A stretch of 64,000 nt of DNA from Eledone cirrhosa (GCA_964016885.1 OZ024745.1:107136001-107200000), one strand, 5' to 3'. Positions 41,801-56,525 are shown, counted from the first letter of the stretch. Translations and numbers: made by a program. The notes: generated by a model not told the origin, from the sequence alone.

Positions 41801-42414
41801 CCTATTACCTAAATTAATGTTGCTGACGTATTTGAGTTAATTTTGCTTAGCTTGTTAACGTTCTAATTATGCAAACGACTCTTGGCTAGGAATGTTCTTA
41901 ACTGTTTTTGTAAAGATCTAAATGAGTATATCTGTTTAGAGGTAAGTAGAACCTATTATCGGCCAATACTAAAGGTTAAGGAAGAAACATGTGTTACCAG
42001 CAGTACCATGACTCTGGCTTAAAGAATTTACTTTCTTTTACTTTTAACATGTTTACACAGTGGGAATTCATTTTTAATTTTTTCAATTTTTTCATTTCCT
42101 ATTCAGAATCACTAACAATCACTATGAGACTTCTGTCTACTTTTTCTATTCAAAGAGGAAATTTTAACGAATTAAATATATTTTACTTACGCCAGTCAGT
42201 ACACTGCCTTTCGATTTTTTTAAATATCCCTGACGGATTGAAATCAAGGACGACAAGATTTGATTTTTATATCAGTCACATTCGAAGAACGTCTAAGGAC
42301 GGAGAACATGAAGTTATTTACTCACATATAAAATATACTCTATCTAGATATTGAGTTTACTTTGACTTTTTCATAAACACACATTCAAACACATCACACA
42401 TACACACACGGCAA

Positions 42415-42476
<62 letters not shown>

Positions 42477-42502
42477 CGTGTGTGTGTGAGTGTGTTCAAT
42501 CT

Positions 42503-42568
<66 letters not shown>

Positions 42569-43014
42569 GCTTTTACGCGCCTACACTCAAGCACGCTGCG
42601 AAGATGTTGTGAGATAACATCAATCACGAGATTTTGATCCATGAAACTACACGCTACTGTGAGCATGAAACGAGATGTGTGTCACAGATGGGTGAACTTA
42701 AAACTGACATCATCCTGTATAGATATTGACTTTATCAGATTATACATGTGATAGATTCAATATCTACACACACACACTCACACACACACACACACACAGA
42801 TGGCAAAAGTACATCTAGCAGTGTGCATGCATGTGTATTTGCGTACATTTGTGAATTTGAGTAGAGACATAAAATATATATTTAAATACGGCCGTTCTTT
42901 TTCTTGTCTATCTCCAAGTTTATTTCACACACACCCACATTCCCTTTCTCTTTCCCTTCGTTCTCAAATACTCTTATAAACACATACATTATTTTGTCAT
43001 ATAGTGTTTTATAT

Positions 43015-43341
43015 CATCATCCTCATCATCATCATCCTTTTACGTCCGCTTTTCCCTGCTTGCAAGGGTGGGACGGGAACTGATTCTGGCTTGATTTCTA
43101 CAGCTGGATGCCCTTCCTAACACCAACCTCATTTACAGTGAGTGCTGGGTGCTTTTTTTCCGTGGCACCTCCACGACCACTTTGCAGTGGAATGATAGGG
43201 ACCTCAGTCCCTATCATCTCATTTCTACAGCTGAGTAAACTGGAGCAATGTGAAATAAAGTGTCTTGCTCAAGGAAACAACACATCACCCGGTCTGAGAA
43301 TTGAACTCACAACCTTTCGATTGCAAGGCCAATGCTCTAAC

Positions 43342-43345
<4 letters not shown>
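43015..43345 (-). mobile_element. Composite SINE (tRNA head, gtgttgtttccttgagcaagacac core, GAT-tailed 3' part)
   Basis: Head matches 12290-12402; tail matches 14400-14558. Confidence 0.7.
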
Positions 43346-43403
<58 letters not shown>

Positions 43404-43421
43404 CAAAATGATGTATGTATG

Positions 43422-43452
<31 letters not shown>

Positions 43453-43856
43453 CTATATGACAAAATAATGTATGTATGTATGTGTGTGTGTGTGTATTCA
43501 CGCGCATTCATTTAAAATCAACACACATACGTCACCCTACATATATGCGTGACTTTAGTTAACCAATGAATGATGAAATTAACGGCTTAGCCTCTAATCA
43601 GGTAAGGTCCTCCAGTGTAACGCAGCCAGGGGTCATTATAAGTTTAAATTAGTTCGCTGCGGTAAATACTTCCGCTGTAGCACATAAATTTTTTCGAAAA
43701 CCTTGTAAATTAACAAAACTTCTAATGATATTTTAACTGAAAATATAGGATATATACTGGATGCATGCATAGCTCTATCGTGAAGAGCTTTTCAGTAAAG
43801 GATTTCCGAATTCGATCCTATTATCTTCGCCTTTCTTATACATTAATTTCCAGTAA

Positions 43857-43936
43857 TTTTTTTTTATTTTTTATTTTTTATTTTTTATTTTTTATTTTTT
43901 ATTTTTTATTTTTTATTTTTTATTTTTTATTTTTTA
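43857..43936. repeat. (TTTTTTA)n heptamer repeat
   Basis: Directly visible. Confidence 0.9.
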
Positions 43937-44109
43937 TACTGCCTGCTTCTATAGCGCCTAAATATTTGCCTCTGGTTTCCCTATCTTTTTGCCAAATGCT
44001 TTTACCTGTACGAAGCACAATTCCTTCTACCTCGAACAGTTTGTCTCTATAGTCAGAAAAATGTCTATTCTTATATCCTCACTGAATACCTGATGCTTTT
44101 CACCGCTTA

Positions 44110-44300
44110 ATAATTGTTTCTACGTTAGGCACAAGGCCAGCAATTATCCAGTGCATTACTGGTACTTTATTTTATCGACCCCGTAAGGATGAAAGGCAAA
44201 GTCAACCTCGGCGGGATTTGAACTCAGATCGTAAAGGGACGTAACTATGCTGGAAAGCATGGCGTCCGACCCTCTACCGATACTGCCAATCCACCGCCCT
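44110..44300 (-). mobile_element. Full-length tRNA-SINE
   Basis: Consensus match; short taataat flanks. Confidence 0.9.
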
Positions 44301-44649
44301 AATAATGTCTTCCCAACGAAGTTAAACGTGCCTTTCCTCCTTCCACATTCAATAACATAAAATACTACTCAAGTACTAGAGTCGATATAATTGATTTTCC
44401 CCTCTCCGTATACCGTTGTCCCTGTGCACTAATTTAAGCCAGTGTTGCTTTTACTCTGACATTCTTCTTTGCTGTACCATGCGGGGCATTGACGATGGAG
44501 TGATTTTTCTTATCATGTCTTCTATGGTGCAATTTGTTATATGGTTTTGTACCTTTGTTTTGTTTTTCACCTATATTTACTGCATTTTCTTTGCTTCAGC
44601 GTACTTTGTTTCTATTTTTCATGTTATCGTTTCCATCTATATAATGATT

Positions 44650-44863
44650 TCTACTATAAACACAAAGCCAGCAATTTGGTGAGGAGAAGTGACTGGAAAG
44701 GCGATTAAATTGACCTCAGTGCATTACTTGAGTTTTATTTTATCGACCTCATAAAGGATGAAAGGCAAAACTAATTTCGGCAGGATTTGAACTCAGAACG
44801 TACTCTATCTATGCTGAAAAGCATGATGTCTGACGGCCTACCGATACTACCAATCCACTGCCC
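44650..44863 (-). mobile_element. Diverged tRNA-SINE
   Basis: Consensus match with many substitutions. Confidence 0.75.
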
Positions 44864-45830
44864 TTTTTCCTGCTATAAAAGTTCTTATTCTTTTATATAT
44901 ATGTTGTTACCATTTATTTATAAATTTATTTATTTATTTTAATGATAAACTTATTATAAATTCTATATTTTGCGTAAAGTAATCTGTAATATATATAAAG
45001 GCATATTTGTCTATTCACTGAATTCTTTTTAAAATCTACCGCTCGTTACTGATGCACGAGAATATACAAAACATTTACATAATTTTGAATTAGCAGCCCT
45101 TGATAGTGAAAAATCATCCATTATGATAATGTCTTGAAATTTCCGTTAAGATTCTGCTAAAACATTATTGAGAACTTAGATTCACCAATTTACATAATGA
45201 TCAGGAATTTTGATTATGCATATTCATCAATATATTTCTCTTGACTACAATAAGGATGTTGATTGTGATGATAATGATAAGGATAATGATGACGATGATA
45301 TTCATGGTTATCATCATAATGGTCATTAGACTAATGATGATGACGACTGTGATGGAAGCGATGATAATGAATGATGATTAACATAATACCAATCATCATC
45401 TATTTACCATCATCATCATCGTCGTCGTCAGCATTAGCGACGATATCATCATTATCTCCAACCACTTCCCACTACCATCAGTGACATCCCCACCGACACC
45501 ACCATCACCACCACCACCACCACCACATACAATATCATCATCATCAATAACAAAATGCTGCATATCGGTTTAGGAAATAGATATGCGTATTTCCAATATG
45601 TTTTCTCCCCATTTCACTTTCTCTCTCATCTCTCACCCCCACCCCCACCCCCACCACCCCGCCACCCCATCCCCACCCCTCTCTCTCCTATCTATGCATC
45701 TATATATCACCCAGGTGATAAAATACGTACTACATATAGAATTGATTTTTACCTATTTAAACAAATGTATTTGATGGGTGTATATTTGTACAACTCTCTT
45801 AACGATGTTTACACACATACACATACACGC

Positions 45831-45877
<47 letters not shown>

Positions 45878-45884
45878 TATATAA

Positions 45885-45927
<43 letters not shown>

Positions 45928-45970
45928 CATATATAATATAATATCAAAAGATGGTTAAAAGAGTACCAAG

Positions 45971-46041
45971 TATTTTATTATGCGCATTTCAAAAACAAAT
46001 ATCATCATGGGATGATATCTGCGTTTTCATCAGATAAAATA
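45971..46041 (-). ncRNA. Type I hammerhead ribozyme (inverted copy)
   Basis: Reverse complement of 46170-46237 with a slightly different stem II loop. Confidence 0.7.
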
Positions 46042-46169
46042 GGGATACATGATATGAAGGTTAATAAACACTTGTGAATAGTGAAGTTTTAAATCAACAT
46101 ATCATGTGTTTTTTAACCTTCATATCGTGTAACCTTCATATGTGTTTTAACCTTCATATCATGTATCCC

Positions 46170-46237
46170 TATTTTATCTGATGAAAACGCAGATATCTCA
46201 TGATGATATTTGTTTTTGAAATGCGCATAATAAAATA
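46170..46237 (+). ncRNA. Type I hammerhead ribozyme
   Basis: tattttat-CTGATGA-aaacgcagatatc/gatatttgttttt-GAAAT-gcgc-ATA-ataaaata: 8-bp stem I, long stem II, palindromic loop 3, AUA triplet. Confidence 0.75.
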
Positions 46238-46367
46238 CTTGGAACTCTTTTAACCATCTTTTGATCTTATATTATTTATACTCCAGTCCTACAAACTGTA
46301 GAGTGCTACTTATCCGATATTTGCATTGCTTTATTGTACTACAATAAAACTCACCTCCTACATATAA

Positions 46368-46414
<47 letters not shown>

Positions 46415-46529
46415 CTCATGTATGAGTGTGCACGTTTGCTGCATTAAGCAAATGTATATATGCGTCTCAATGTGTGTGACTGTATAAGTGGCATACGTGT
46501 TATTGTGTTTCGTCCCCCAGTCGCATCTT

Positions 46530-46812
46530 GTGCCTTTCATCCTTACGGGGTCGATAAAATATAGTACCAGTAATGTACTGGCTAATTGCTGGGCTTGTGC
46601 CTAAAGTAGAAACAATTATTAGTGGCAGGGACGATGGATTGGCAGTATCGGTAGAGGGTCAGACGCTTTGGCGCATGGAGTTACGGCCCTTGCCATTCTG
46701 AGTTCAAATCCCGCCGAGGTTAACTTTGCCTTTCATCCTCACGGGGTCGATAAAATAAAGTACCAGTAATGTACTGTGATAATTGCTGGCCTTGTGCCAA
46801 AAGTAGAAAAAA
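46530..46812 (+). mobile_element. Two tandem tRNA-SINE copies (first 5'-truncated)
   Basis: Consensus match. Confidence 0.85.
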
Positions 46813-46989
46813 TTATTACTACCACCATCTGTGGGAATTTTCATTGTTGTATTTTTCTTGTTTATTGTTTTCCTATATTTTACTCGATTTTTATATAAAA
46901 CCCTCACTGTCCACGTCTATTGTATTGTCCCCTATATGTCGGCCCTTGTGGCTAATAAATGAAACCATTATTACTACCACCACAACCAA

Positions 46990-46994
46990 TACTA

Positions 46995-47078
<84 letters not shown>

Positions 47079-47185
47079 TAATAATAATACTACTACTAGT
47101 ACTGCTGCTGCTACTACTACTAGTAATAATAAGAAATAAAAATAAAAAGAAAGAAGAAGAAGAAGAAGAAGAAGAAGAAGAAGAA
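46990..47185. repeat. Compound (TAC)n-(AAT)n-(GAA)n trinucleotide tract
   Basis: Directly visible. Confidence 0.9.
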
Positions 47186-47445
47186 TTTTAATGATATTAT
47201 TCAATAATGATTTCTCTTTGGATTTGGCAGAGTGCGCCGATGAGAATATAGAGAAGTGAGAAGAGGAACTAGCAGATTAGGATGGGGCGCGGTTCTGCCA
47301 GCATTAGCTACATATTTGCTGGTTGATGAGAGAATAAAGTGTAGGGGAAGTGAAGGAAATGAAAAGGGTACCAAGAGAGAGAAGCGTGAGAGAATGTGAG
47401 ATTTTAATCTCAATGTGGGCATCTTGATGTATACACACATACACC

Positions 47446-48165
<720 letters not shown>

Positions 48166-49915
48166 TGTGTATGAGAAGGTGAGAGGGGGAATGAGGGATC
48201 GGGTGAGGAAGGGAGAGGGATTAGATAAATAGCTATATACAGGTAGCAAGAGATAAAAAAATATAGCAAAAATCAAAGATTGTTAGACAGAAATAAAAGA
48301 AATAGAGTATAGAAAATATAGAGATAAAAGCAATATAAACAACAGTAAAAACATATAATAAAAGACAAAAATAAAAAAAACAACTAGAAAACAAAATGGA
48401 AGTTATTGCCGATGGATATTGCTGATGTCGCATCAAATATCAGAAGACAAGAGGGATGAGATGAGATATTGTTGGCGAGCGTGGAGAAAGGATTAGAAGG
48501 AATGTGAAAAAACTATGAAATTAATTATAGATAGCAGAAACTGTGATGATGGCTTGAGAACAACAAACAAATAAAAGAAACTAATGGATAAATGAATAAA
48601 TAAAACCAAAGCAAAAAGTAAACAAACAAGGAAATAAAAGTAAATAAATAAAAAAATAGAAAGAAAAAAACAACAACAATAACAAAAAAGAGCAGCTGCT
48701 GTAATAGCAATAGCAATAAAAAAATAAAAATAATAAAAATAAAAATATAATAAAATGTTCCATAAAATTACATGAAAAGCAAACCACGGACAAATCTCAA
48801 ATAAAGAAACACATATATAGAATAACAACGAAAGAAACATATAGAATAACCACGAAAGAAACGTGAAATGAAAAATACCAAGAATAGCAGCAATAGTAAC
48901 AGCAGCAATAGCAATAGCAATACTAGCCAAAAGAAGGTAAAAGATAAATGAAAATAGTATTATAAATGAAAACAAAGCAAAATCAAGGAAATAATACATG
49001 AAAAAAAAAAAAAATGACTATAACAAAAGCAACAATATTAAACCATTCCAAAAAGTTATTCACAAAATAAAAGCATATCGTAAAATTTTTCTTATTGTGT
49101 CTGATGCAATCATATTATTTTTCAATTTTTGTGGGGGGTTTTATGTGTATATGTTTTCTTTAACGTACGGCTTTACAAAGATAGCTATCTCTTGGATGCA
49201 AGTAGTTGTGCTGTCTCTAGTTCATGTTTATTTATCAATGTTTCATTAATAACCTTACCGTGAAGTAGATACAAAATAGAAGGTTATATTATAATGGTCG
49301 ACAGTGTGTGGGCGAGTGATGTTCGGTAGTTGTGTTTGTTGTCTGTATTTGTGATGTAGCATGTGGAAAGTATGTAGTATGTGCAGCATGTGTAATGTGT
49401 ATAGTGTGTATTGGTACAACAGCTTGTGCGTAGTATGTAGGGTGTGTGACATAGACGATAAAATGGCGGCCTTTACATTATGGGTGAAAAGCCCTCCGAA
49501 GGCAAATTGCCTTTCATTTTTCAGGATTTGAGAAAATAAAATATTAGACAAATACCTGTGTTCCTCAGGTTTTTTCAAGCAATAGACTAAGAAGTGAGGG
49601 TGAGATCATAAAACCTAACACCCGCAATATACCTGCCCCTAGGCATTATTAGCCCTCAAGTAGATAACAATATCATCATGTAAACATGTTGCGTGTGAAG
49701 CAACATATATTGTGCTGTGAAGTGGTGTGAAATGCGGTGATGTGTTGTGAAGTGAGATTTGTTTTACAATGAGTAGTTTAATGAGACTGATGTCCATTAC
49801 CATTATCAACGTTAACATCAACATCTTCTATGCCCATCTCCTATGCTGGCATGGCATGGAAGGGTTGACAAAGTCCGAATCTATACTAATGTCTAACATT
49901 TGATAGGTTATTATT

Positions 49916-50102
49916 GTGGATTGGCAGTATCGGTGGAGGGTCGGACGCCATGCTTTCCAGCATAGTTACGTCCCTTTACGGTCTGAGTTCAAATCCCGCC
50001 GAGGTTAACTTTGCCTTTCATCCTTACGGGGTCGATAAAATAAAGTACCAGTAATGTACTGGGTAATTTTGATGGCCTTGTGACAAAAGTAGAAACAATT
50101 AT
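49916..50102 (+). mobile_element. Full-length tRNA-SINE
   Basis: A box tggcagtatcgg, B box gttcaaatcc, core and tail; ttattattgt flanks. Confidence 0.9.
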
Positions 50103-50580
50103 TATTGTTGTTGTTGTTGTTGTTGTTGTTGCAGTTGTTATTGTTGTTGTTATTTCTATGACTAACTGACTATCAATCCCCTAGGTCATACCCCCACCCC
50201 TTAAGCACCAATTGATGATTGTCTACGGACACCAATAAGTCTTCACGCACATATCTATTTTCCCAAACACACAAATAATAATCATAACTGTATTTTCTCT
50301 GAAGAGATGCAATTACGATATTCAATGGCAGTAATCAATAATGTAAAAATCAAAATTTCATAGGCCTAAGATATAATATGTTTTATCGAACACTAATTAG
50401 AATTATTGATAATTATAAATTCAATCCAAGGCCTTTTCACTCCTACCAGAGGAAACCCTCCGTGATTGACCTCCACCGTTTTCTGTTTTGGTTTTGGTCA
50501 TGTAGTTATTAATAATTATTAATAAATGAAATATTGGACATCAATACCATTGCATCAGTGATTCTTTCACAGCTCATTAC

Positions 50581-50765
50581 ATAATTGTTTCTACTTTAGG
50601 CACAAGGCCAGCAATTACTCAGTACATTACTGGTATTTTATTTTATCGACCCCGTAAGGATGAAAGGCAAAGTTAACCTCGGCGGGATTTGAACTCAGAC
50701 TGTAAAGGGACGTAAATATACTGGAAAGCATGGCGTCCGACCCTCTACCGATACTGCCAATCCAC
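50581..50765 (-). mobile_element. tRNA-SINE with 18-bp TSD
   Basis: cacagctcattacataat at 50568-50585 and 50763-50780. Confidence 0.9.
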
Positions 50766-51097
50766 AGCTCATTACATAATGAAAGACAATCTCTACAAAT
50801 AATATTTGAGAAAATCTGGCAAAGTATAACTGGAAAAGGAAGTTGGACAAAAGCGGATCTCAATTTTCTTCGTTTACAGGAATGCTTTGTCCGAATCGCT
50901 CAACTCTTGTTTGTAGGGATAGACTATTATATTAGTCATTTGCGTTGTGACACCCTTATTTCTAATTTCCCCCAACGGCTCTCAAATCATACTCGAATAA
51001 GAGAAATCAACACAATATAGAGTATCTGTTCATTCAGTTAATGTTTAGCTATTTTTAGTATGATTATACATATAATATATTACACACACTGACACAG

Positions 51098-51130
<33 letters not shown>

Positions 51131-51422
51131 GAGATAGATAGACAGAGACAGACACACAGATAGATAGATAGATAGATTTCTTTATTTGCCACAGGGGCGT
51201 ACAACAATGGGACATTACAAGACGTGACGGCGGGGTTTTACATAAAAATAACTTTAACATTAATAAATAACATTAAACTATATATATTAAAATAACAATT
51301 GAAATCTCCAGTAGAAGGGTACGTTACTGCAGGGTTGTTTTACACCCCGTGGATAGAACAACCCTCAACACCAGGAACACGTTTTGTTGGTGTTCCTGTC
51401 TTCCCTGTTTTTCTTCTTCAAC

Positions 51423-53190
51423 CTACAGATTTATATATAGAGAAGGCCCATTCACTCGGGCTACTTTTGCCACATTCACCCACCTTTCAGCGAATTTACT
51501 GGGGTGTAGCACCTCTCTCTCCACTCTCATCTTCCTTCTGAAGTGATACTTAAAGAAGGGGATAAGTTGTTGTCCGGAGAGAAAGGTGCTTGCCCTCTGT
51601 CCTTTTAACCTCGTCCAGAATATTACCTCTTTCGCCATAGCCACCAGACAGAGGAAAACCGCCTCTCCTTCATTCTCAAATGAAGGCGGTGGGGTGATCC
51701 TCACGATGGACTCGGCTGACAACTGGATGCGTCCCACACGTGACAATAGTTGTTCGACATAATTCCACAGGTCGGTCACCCCTGGGCACTGAACAATTGC
51801 GTGCAGAACGGTTTCGATGTCCTGCTGGCATCTTGGACAGGTCTTTTGGCAGGATCTCTGCCAGGGCGTCCGTGCCTTTAGATTTTTCTCGAACTGGTAG
51901 CGCTCCTCGGTAGCACTGCCAGGCCAGAGACATCTGGAAGTTTTCCATAGGCCCTGGACGGAAAGTCCTCCCGAACAGACTGGTCAGTTCGTCCTCCTCG
52001 ATGCCTAGAGTTTCCCCGAGAACGTCGCCGCACTTATCCTCCACTAATCCCCTATAGAATGTCGAAGTGGAGTCTCCGCTGATTGCCGTTTCCGCTTGGT
52101 AGAGGACTGTGAGCGCCTGTAGGCACTCGAAGTGCTAGTCACCCATTTTCGGTCTTCGTTTGACCCATGACTTCAGCTCGGTTAGTGAGATGAGTTGTGG
52201 AAGGGCTTGTCTCACAAACGACAACCACACCGGTCAGGAATACCTGGAGATGGCATAGCCTCAGCGCATGTTTGCGCATCATCAGCCACGGCATACCCAG
52301 CCCTCCGTTAGAAGGGTGTTGACAGCAGATGGATCTGCTCACTAATGGAGCCTGTTTCTTCCAGAGGTACTTGAAGAGTAGGCGTTCCATTTTGGTAAGG
52401 TATTCGCGGGGGCAAGGCACGACTGTCAAGCGGTAGTAGATGACGGACGCTATGTAAGTGTTCGCCAACTCTGCTTGACCTTTCAATGAGAGTTTGACTC
52501 AGCCCACTTCTGGGTGAGTGCAAACACCTTCGCCGTGACCTCGTTCCAGTTCTTGTCTACTTGGAGGTCTGGACCGAACTAGACCCCGAGCAATTTCACC
52601 GGTCCTTCCGTCCAGCGTCCAACGACACTGTCGGAAGGCATGGGTTTGCCTCTCCATGTGCCGAGTTGCAAACCGACAGACTTGTTTGGGTTTAGTCTTG
52701 CTCCTGTCAACGTTTCGTATTCCTGTAATAGGTTGCCGATTACCCTGGCTTCCGAGGTTTTCGACACCATTACGGTTATGTCGTCGGCATAGGCTGGCGC
52801 TGCTTTCCGCAGTCCTGGTTCGATAGGGATGCCCTGCAACAGATCCAATTTCCGCAGTAACGGCTCGAGAGTCAGAGCATACAGAATGGAGGAGAGAGGG
52901 CATCCCTGACGGATGGAACGCATGATTTGGAATGGCTCTGATAGGTAGCCATTCACCTTGACTGCCGAGCAGATGCTGGTATGAATGGCAGCGATCCAGC
53001 CTCTGAAGACGGGACCGAAGCCAGCCGCCTTGAGAACTGCTTCCAAGTATTGATGGTTGACCCTATCAAATGCCTTAGACTGATCTAAATTGATCAGAAC
53101 CCCACCGAAGCCAGGTTTACACCCTACCCTCTTTATGATGTATCGCATGAGGTGGAGGTTGTCGTGTATGGACCTGGTCGGGATTGGACA
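51423..53190 (-). pseudogene. LINE ORF2 reverse transcriptase + zf-RVT-like C-terminus, N-terminally deleted and frameshifted
   Basis: ORFs 52579-53148, 52139-52486, 51676-52044 and 51423-51779. Confidence 0.85.
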
Positions 53191-53267
53191 CGGTTAATGG
53201 GCTTTTGGCAAGGGGCGGCCCACATCATGTGGGAAGTTCTCTTTTAAAGTTTCATACTGTAGCGTTG

Positions 53268-54963
53268 TTACCCTAAGTTTGAGGTTTGAGGGGGGGGGGG
53301 GGGGTCGTTGGTGGGGAAGGTTTTCCCTTCCGTTTGTATTGTGGGGTTATTTCGGACAGTTTCCACCAGTTCTTTGTTTCTTGTTTTTATGCATGTGTAG
53401 TGTGTTTTGTTTTTTATGTGTACTGTTTCTGTTTGTAGTTTTCTTATTGTGGTTGGGGTTTGTGATTGTGGTGGTGTGGGTGTTTGTTTTGTTGGTGAAG
53501 TGTTTGGTTGTGTTGGTGGTGATTGTGTTGTTGGTGTGTTTCTCGTTTGTGGCGGTGTGTTTATGGTGAGATTGGGTGTGTGCGTGTTTTCTGTAGATGT
53601 TTTTGTCTTTTTTGTGTCTTTTTTATTTTTTGGATTTTTGGGGTTCCTCTTCATTCTCACTTGGAGATGTAGAGGTTCCCGTGTCTGAGACTTCTGAATC
53701 AGGGGTAGATGGGAGGGGTATGTTGTGTGGTGGAGTGTTTGTGCAGGTGTTTGTGGAAGTATTTGACAGTGGGGGAAGAGGCAATGGAGGGTTTTTCAGT
53801 GGGATTTTGTGTGTGTAGTTGTCTCTGGTCTGTGGTGGTGTGGGAGTGGATGTTGCAGGTGTTTGTGTTGTGTTTGGTTTGGAGTGTTGATGTTGGGGTT
53901 TTGGTGTTAGTAATAACACCATGTTTGTCCTCGGTCTGTTTAAGAGAGGGCAAAAGGCCTTTAAGTGTGTGGTTTTCCCACACTTATGGCACTGAGGTCT
54001 TTTCCCCTCCACTAAAATGGAGATGACATCTTCCTCAAGGACGATCCTGTCCGGTATTTTCTCAACTCTCTCTGGCCTCTTTTGTACCAGAACCTCGATG
54101 CAGGCTCAAACCAGTTATGCCGGTCTGTCCTGTCTACAGATAGGAGGGTGTCCTCATTCTTCTTCTGGATGCAGCGTAGGATCCACCATATGTTGACGTC
54201 TGGTGGAATCCTGGTTATTTTTATTTTGTAGGATCTTCTTCCCATGTATGTGGGGGAAGAAGATGTGTTGATCCGTTTTTATTGGGTGAACGGAGTGTTT
54301 TTGTGCCAGATGTTCGCTCTTAAAGAGCACTGACACACTTCCATACTGTTTACCTCTTTGGAGGTATGCCACGTCTGGCTTGATGTCTTTTAGTGCAGCT
54401 TCGATAGTGCTTGTTGGGAGCGTTATGGGTTTGTTGGTAGTGATGTCAACTGTTCTATAAATTAGCTTCTTTTTCTGTGTCATTTCTCTTACTTGTGGGG
54501 GTATGTGTATGTGTGGGGTGTCTCCCTCAAACGTCACATAGTTGGAAGCTTCTTCCAAATATTGGGACTTTTGGGAAATGTCCATGGAGTAGTATTTAAA
54601 ATCCTGTTGCCTAGCAACTGTTGCTGCAAATGAAATTTTGTTATTGTTGCTGTTTGTGTTGCCACTGATTCCTTTTGTTGTGTTGTTGTTGTTCTCATTT
54701 ATTGTGTTGTTGTTGTTGGTTGTGGTGGTAGTAGTGTTTGTTACACATACTTCCTTCTGTGTGTGGATACACGTGACATTTGTGACGTCAGGCGTGTTCA
54801 GTTGCTTACAAGCAGCTGAAGCTTGTTCCTCTTCTAAATGTTGAGGCGATAATGTTGGCATTCCTTTGTCCATGTCAGCTACTATCTGCTGGTCAAGTAG
54901 GCATGGCTTTCCCTTCCCATCTACTTGGTTTGACAAAGAAGTGGGTGCCTTTGTTTCAGCCAT
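53268..54963 (-). pseudogene. LINE ORF1 (gag-like zinc-knuckle protein), frameshifted
   Basis: Consecutive ORFs 54154-54963, 54012-54245, 53623-54012 and 53268-53660. Confidence 0.75.
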
Positions 54964-55312
54964 ATTTTAAAAAATTGAAGTGTTTGGGAAAAATCTTTTA
55001 TTTTTTCGAAAATATTTTGGATGATTTTGCCCTGAGGGGCACGATATTTTGGGAGACTGACCAAATCAAAATTTGACCTGTCAGTCCCTCTACAAATTGG
55101 TATAAAAATAAAAGTTCACAATGACGAATTTCTAAAGAAATTTAAACAAAACTTACCGAGCAAGTTTAACACATGTGTCCATCCCAGAGATAGATTCCTA
55201 TTTATTGCCACTCGGGCGCAAAAGAAGATAGATAGATAGATAGATATACATATGCATGTATGCATAATTACAAAGAGAAAGGTAGTGAGGGAGTGAGAGA
55301 AGAAGAAAGTAA

Positions 55313-55351
<39 letters not shown>

Positions 55352-56368
55352 ATTAAATAGAAAGATGTTATGTAAATTTAAATTACATGTAACACTTCCT
55401 CTGTGAATGTTTAACAGTCTTATTTATTTTTCTTATTTACTCATTTAAGCTGAATGGAATTAGTTCCAAGTCTGTTGAATTTGGTTGGAGGCTGTATCAT
55501 TACTCTCATTTTGTTGCTTGCCATTTATCATTTATATTTTTAGATTCCCGAACTACGATAGAAGAAATTATTATATTGAAACATCGTCTATTTTATTTGT
55601 AAATCTTTAAATCAGCGTTGCTCTGCTTGTTTTGTTTTATATAATCGTCTTTTGTTTGATAGTAGCCCTTGAAAGATTTCATATCCTATTAATGAAATTA
55701 TTATTATTATAGAAGTTACGAATTATTATTAAATGTTGTTGAGTCGTGTTATCATAAGAACCAGTCTCTTGTAAATTTATGATATTTATGGCAAGATTTT
55801 GACAGAATAATCTTTGTCAGCTGTGATTATTCTTGAAAGTTTCATTTGATTTGAGTTAATTTCGTTTAAGCATGAAACGTTCATCCAAGGAAAATTGACA
55901 TACTTCATGATGTTTTCATGTTTCAAATATTCATTTATCTATTCTTGTATACCATTCTGGTTCGGGACGATTTGTTTTTGACACAGAATTCACATTATGT
56001 AGCTTAGATATGTCTAATATGATCATAAAAAATATATTTCAGTAACGAATGGTGTAGTTCTTGTATTTCACCAATGATTCTAATATTCCTCGTCAGTGAT
56101 CTGATATCTGATGTTAGCAGAAATTAATAACAACATCTAATTTATTCCTGTCTCCAAATATAACATAGAGCAATATTTTCTATGTTTAGTTTTGCTCTGT
56201 ACACTTTCTAGCAAGTCAGCACACAATAATAACATGGATATATATACATAGAGAGAGAGAGAGAGATACTCACATACACACATATACATGCACGTACATA
56301 GTCACCCATAAACATATCCAAACACTCACACATACACAAATATATATATACACACACTCACACACACG

Positions 56369-56422
<54 letters not shown>

Positions 56423-56430
<8 letters not shown>

Positions 56431-56525
56431 TAACAGATTAAAGTTTAAGAAAAGAATCGCTGCTTTCAACCTAACGGGCGAAAGCAGCGATTCTTTGCTT
56501 AAACTTTAATCTGTTATTTTAATAA
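56423..56525. repeat. TA-flanked ~45-bp-arm hairpin
   Basis: tattaaaataacagattaaagtttaag..gctgctttc / gaaagcagc..cttaaactttaatctgttattttaata; related sequence at 57040-57100. Confidence 0.8.

Larger units (their letters stand above)
45942..46362 (+). mobile_element. TA-flanked fold-back mini-element with two opposed hammerheads (Penelope pLTR-like)
   Basis: IR 45942-46064 versus 46147-46265; TACTCCAG...GAGTGC tail at 46279-46306. Confidence 0.8.
51178..55186 (-). mobile_element. Tx1/L1-group LINE, near full-length with an internal deletion of the endonuclease; inactivated
   Basis: ORF1 pieces 54963 to ~53270 with a gag-type knuckle CHKCGKTTHLKAFC. RT motifs LDQSKAFDRV, SIRQGCPLS, AYADDI and KLLGV; C-terminal CPRC...H...C. 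Flanked by (GATA)n. Confidence 0.9.

Noticed and set aside
48493-48999. 168-aa hydrophobic ORF resembling a membrane protein
   Set aside because: Reverse strand of A-rich low-complexity DNA; a compositional artefact.
49916-50000. tRNA gene candidates at SINE heads
   Set aside because: A/B boxes are present, but there is no complete cloverleaf and each continues into the SINE body.
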